DNA of 64,000 bases from an uncultured Parabacteroides sp. (GTDB lineage Bacteria; Bacteroidota; Bacteroidia; Bacteroidales; Tannerellaceae), in contig CASEMX010000013.1 in assembly GCA_949289155.1 (NCBI GenBank), positions 39,065-103,064 of the forward strand, written 5' to 3'. A program made the translations under genes and the position numbers. Below, in pieces: positions 60,920-64,000 of this stretch. Position 1 is the stretch's first letter. Every line of letters starts with the position of its first letter. The notes beneath the pieces are model-generated. The model saw only the letters and a program-made list of their open reading frames with translations. It was not told where the DNA came from and made no database searches.

Positions 60920-60991
60920 AAAGAAAAGAACCAAAAGTTCCCTACTTTCTGGCTTGCACCTTTTGGTTCTTTTGCATCAAGGCAAAAGAAC
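60920..60991. repeat. Fragment of the same palindromic family as 9813-10394
   Basis: GTTCCCTACTTTCTGGCTTG (60937-60956) and GGTTCTTTTGCATCAAGGCAAAAGAAC (60965-60991, reverse complement of 9814-9840). Confidence 0.75.
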
Positions 60992-61145
60992 GAAGGAATA
61001 TAGGTAGGAAATTACTTCCTAAGCAACCGGAAAACTACTTACTAAGTAGTACCCCCCTCAACTTAGTAAGCTGACGAACGACAGCTTACCGACGTGACAA
61101 GCGACTACTTAGTAAGCAGTTTTCAGACAGAGCCTGAAAGTTGCC

Positions 61146-61229
61146 TATCGTAGCGACCGACAAGTCTATATCGTAGCGACTAACCTCTCTATATCGTAGC
61201 GTCGGACCTCGCTACGATATAGACTTGTC
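61146..61229. repeat. 23-bp tandem array x3 (TATCGTAGCG) plus one inverted 20-bp copy
   Basis: Units at 61146, 61169 and 61192; 61210-61229 is the exact reverse complement of 61159-61178. Confidence 0.8.
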
Positions 61230-61329
61230 AGCCTCTACGTATGCATTTGCCGAACTCCACGAGGGGGAAAGGAGAACTTCTATACGGAGCCGTTTGGGGT
61301 TGCTTCGGGAAGGCCGCGGAGCGGTCTCT

Positions 61330-61731
61330 CCAATAAAAATCTTGAAATATCTTTTACATTTCCTTTGCTTTTAGCTTTTAGATGTTTACCTTTGTCGCAA
61401 TTCCGTGAGGATTAGGGGTAATCCTGCGGGAGGACATACTGAGTTTTAGCATTTACGATATTATTCCTACAACTAAAAATCGGCAAAATTTTTATCACAG
61501 AGGAATAATAAACAGGATGCTTGCACTCGTGCTGTACACTTATCTGAAAGGAGAAGGTATATCCTACAGCATAGAGTGCGGGCTGTTGTTTCTTTATCTC
61601 TGTGATGGGCGTTTGCCGATGCCTTAGTTGTAGATAATAAGCAACTTGCCCGCACTTTCTTTTTGTCTTTCATAGTGATTGGTTAGTTAGTCGTAGATGC
61701 GGCACGGCTGAATTATTTACTAACTAAACAC
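61330..61731 (+). promoter_or_regulatory. Conserved upstream module 2: upstream box, promoter and structured leader
   Basis: TTTG (61364-61367) - N19 - TACCTTTG (61387-61394); aligns with the reverse complement of 9343-9749. Confidence 0.8.
61517..61627 (+). CDS. Candidate leader peptide/uORF, 36 aa (MLALVLYTYLKGEGISYSIECGLLFLYLCDGRLPMP)
   Basis: 30/36 residues identical to the uORF at 9445-9561; same ATG position. Confidence 0.4.
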   Translation: MLALVLYTYLKGEGISYSIECGLLFLYLCDGRLPMP

Positions 61732-63727
61732 TGGTCGGGAATGCGGTTTGGGGCAGGAAACCACGACAACTCCAGAAACAGAAACTATCGACGGCAAAAC
61801 TTTCTACTTATTGGGCACTAAAGAGGATTTGAAATGGTTTCAAGAACATGTAAGCGAATCTGAAGATAATGCCAGTGCTTGTGCGAAGCTGACGGATAAT
61901 ATTGATTTGGGGAATGAGGAATGGGAGCCGATAATGTATAAAGAAACTGCTTCAACAGGAATTAGTGTAAATGTAAAATATACAGGTACGTTCGATGGTA
62001 ATGGGAAAACTATAAAGGGGCTTTATATTAAGAAAGAAATAAGTGGTTTAGATCCTTCAACTATATTAGAAGTTCTTTCTTCCCTATATAATGGCTTGTT
62101 TGGAGTTGTAGGAGATTTAAATGCCACGGCTTTTCCCTCTGATGGTGAAGTAAAGAATTTAACTGTCGAAGGGAAAATGGAATGTTCTACTCCAGTAATG
62201 GGAATGGGTGGAATATGTGGATTAAATAAAGGCACAATCCAGAATTGTATAAATAAAATTACTTTAGTAGGCACAGGCTCAACCAAAGGTGCGACCTCTA
62301 CGAACTATATAGGTGGAATCTGTAATTTAAATCAAGGTATTATAAACAATTGCACTAATGAAGGAAGTATTACCACGTCTGTTTACGCTGCTGGAGGGAT
62401 ATGTGGTGCAAATAACGGTGTTATCGAAAAATGTTACAATAAAGGAGCAATTACAGAGTCCGAATCTGGCCTTGCTGCACTTGGCGGAATATGTGGAGTT
62501 ATAGCCGGGGACGAGAATGAGAATAAAGATTTTAAAATCAATAATTGTTTTAACACAGGCGTACTAACCGCAAATGAAGGAAGAGCTTCAGGAATTTGTA
62601 ACCTTACCACCGATGCTATAAAAACGATAGTTCTGACTAATTGCCATAACTATGGAAATATAAAAGGGCAGTCTGAAAAGAAAGCAGGAATTTGTGTATT
62701 TAATAATAGCAATTATGCTATAGATGAAGAAAAAACAACTATATCAAACAATTATTATTTAGAGAGCACTGTAGAAACAGGTTGGTTATATAGCTATGAA
62801 GCAAGCGTAACTCCCAACGACCAGCCTGGGCAAGTCGAAGCTAAGTCAGAAGATGCCTTTGCCAACGGCGAAGTCCTCTATCTCTTGCAGCAAAACAATG
62901 CCGGGGTTTGGGAGCAAACCATAGGCACAGATGATTATCCGGTATTCGAAGCGACGAGCACACCATCTACTGTTTATCAAGTCACCTTCGACTACAACTA
63001 CGAAGGCAGTCCCGAAGCAATTATATATTATGTAGAAGAAAGCGAATCGGTAACGGTTCCGACAATGACTCGCGAGGGCTATACCTTTACGAATTGGTCA
63101 ACCGATGCCGCCGGTGAAAACGTAGTTGAAATATCCGGCTCGATTACTCCGGATGCAAGTGTTACCTACTACGCCCAGTGGCAAGCCGAGCAGACAGAAG
63201 AACCCGGTGACGACGACGACAATCCGGGCGGCATCGTTCCGGACGCTCCCAAATACTATAATATATATGAAGAGGAAATCTGCGAGGGCGTAACGGTTGA
63301 GTTCAGCCGCGATGTGGTGAAAGAGGGACAATCGGTGCTGGTAACCGTGAAGGTCGATGAGGAATTTGATGCAACGAAGATGACGCTGAAGTTCAAACGC
63401 AGCCTGTTTGGATACTGAGAGGATTTGACATTGACGCCGACCGAGAACCCGAATGAATATATCATCCAGAATATCTATACCGATATTTACGTCCGCGCGG
63501 AGGGAGCCGTGCCAACCGGCATCGAACAAATCGCCGGCGCGAAGGTTTATACGAAAGACGGCAACATCTATGTACAAACCCCAACGCAAGAGCAGGTGCA
63601 GATTATCTCAGTCTCTGGCGCAGTGCTGAAGAACGAGCAGCAAATCGGACTGAAACAGTACACCGGACTGCAGCGCGGTATATATATTATAGGTATAGGC
63701 GAGCAGCGGTTTAAAGTAAGATTATAA
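61732..63727 (+). pseudogene. Surface-protein paralog 2, lacking start codon and most of the signal peptide, with in-frame TGA at 63416-63418
   Basis: The leader joins directly to CTGGTCGGGAATGCGGTTTGGGGCAG (signal-peptide tail, G4 instead of G5). The 63227-63727 C-terminus matches paralog 1 except FGY-TGA-EDL versus FGY-W-EDL. Confidence 0.75.
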
Positions 63728-63756
63728 AAGAGGATTAAGTTAAGACATGCAACATT

Positions 63757-63798
63757 TCGCCATCCTGAGTTCGCTCGGGGTGGCGATTTGTGTTTTTT
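63757..63798 (+). terminator. Intrinsic terminator of paralog 2
   Basis: TCGCCATCCTGAG-TTCG-CTCGGGGTGGCGA followed by TTTGTGTTTTTT. Confidence 0.8.
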
Positions 63799-63799
63799 A

Positions 63800-63887
63800 T
63801 AGTAGTTGGTAGTTAGGAGTTAGTAGTTGGTAGTTGGCAGTTCAATTCTTCATTCTTTATTCTTCATTCTTCATTCTTCTTCATTTT
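63800..63887. repeat. Heptamer tandem repeats (TAGTTGG/TAGTTAG)n then (TTCTTCA)n
   Basis: Direct 7-mer runs read from the sequence. Confidence 0.75.
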
Positions 63888-63918
63888 GCCAAGGGTTTTC
63901 CACCCCTGGAAACCTCGT

Positions 63919-64000
63919 CAGAAATTTCCGGAATGCTCCCGACCCCCCGGAAAATGTCGCCAGAAGTTTCTGGAATGCTCCCGACCCCATGGAAAATGTC
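63919..64000. repeat. 42-bp tandem array (2 units visible, runs off the window)
   Basis: CAGAArTTTCyGGAATGCTCCCGACCCCmyGGAAAATGTC at 63919 and 63961. Confidence 0.8.

Noticed and set aside
61473-61673. Antisense ORF MKDKKKVRASC... in the leader
   Set aside because: The equivalent frame in copy 1 (from 9405) stops after 27 codons and has a second in-frame stop; most likely a by-product of leader conservation.
63416-63418. TGA recoded as Trp or Sec
   Set aside because: TGA is the normal stop of the S41 protease, mreD and dcp here, Trp is TGG elsewhere, and the same gene has independent 5' lesions.
6996-63727. Diversity-generating retroelement (template/variable repeat pair)
   Set aside because: No reverse transcriptase in the window, and the differences between the two C-terminal blocks are mostly synonymous rather than restricted to adenines.

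Overview
Housekeeping-rich chromosomal segment of a Bacteroidales bacterium, most likely Parabacteroides/Tannerellaceae-like judging by RplS and the TAnnTTTG promoters. It carries plsC, a GH3/serine-hydrolase fusion, rplS, GH43, fabI, GH2, recF, ribH, purH, mreBCD-mrdA-rodA, dcp, manA, glgB, aspC, ribBA, rimP-nusA-infB, sufBCD, ddh, lgt, fprA, nagB, a NamZ-like gene and tRNA-Tyr/Gly/Met. No integrase, transposase, reverse transcriptase or cas gene was seen. The main unexplained structure is a pair of head-to-head paralogous loci about 52 kb apart (6996-9749 minus; 61330-63798 plus). They share a ~400-bp upstream module (upstream box, canonical promoter, multi-hairpin leader with an intact 36-38 aa uORF running into a terminator-like stem, and a hairpin next to the start codon), a 501-nt constant C-terminus resembling a T9SS sorting domain, and a 3' hairpin. 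Between these constant parts each has a different AT-rich GLUG/beta-helix passenger. The second copy has lost its start codon and most of its signal peptide and has a TGG>TGA change, yet its passenger frame is intact. Intergenic DNA also holds unrelated tandem arrays with 21-24 or 41-42 bp periods, heptamer-repeat hairpins, a 582-bp palindromic element and a candidate sRNA. All alignments and folds were made by eye.
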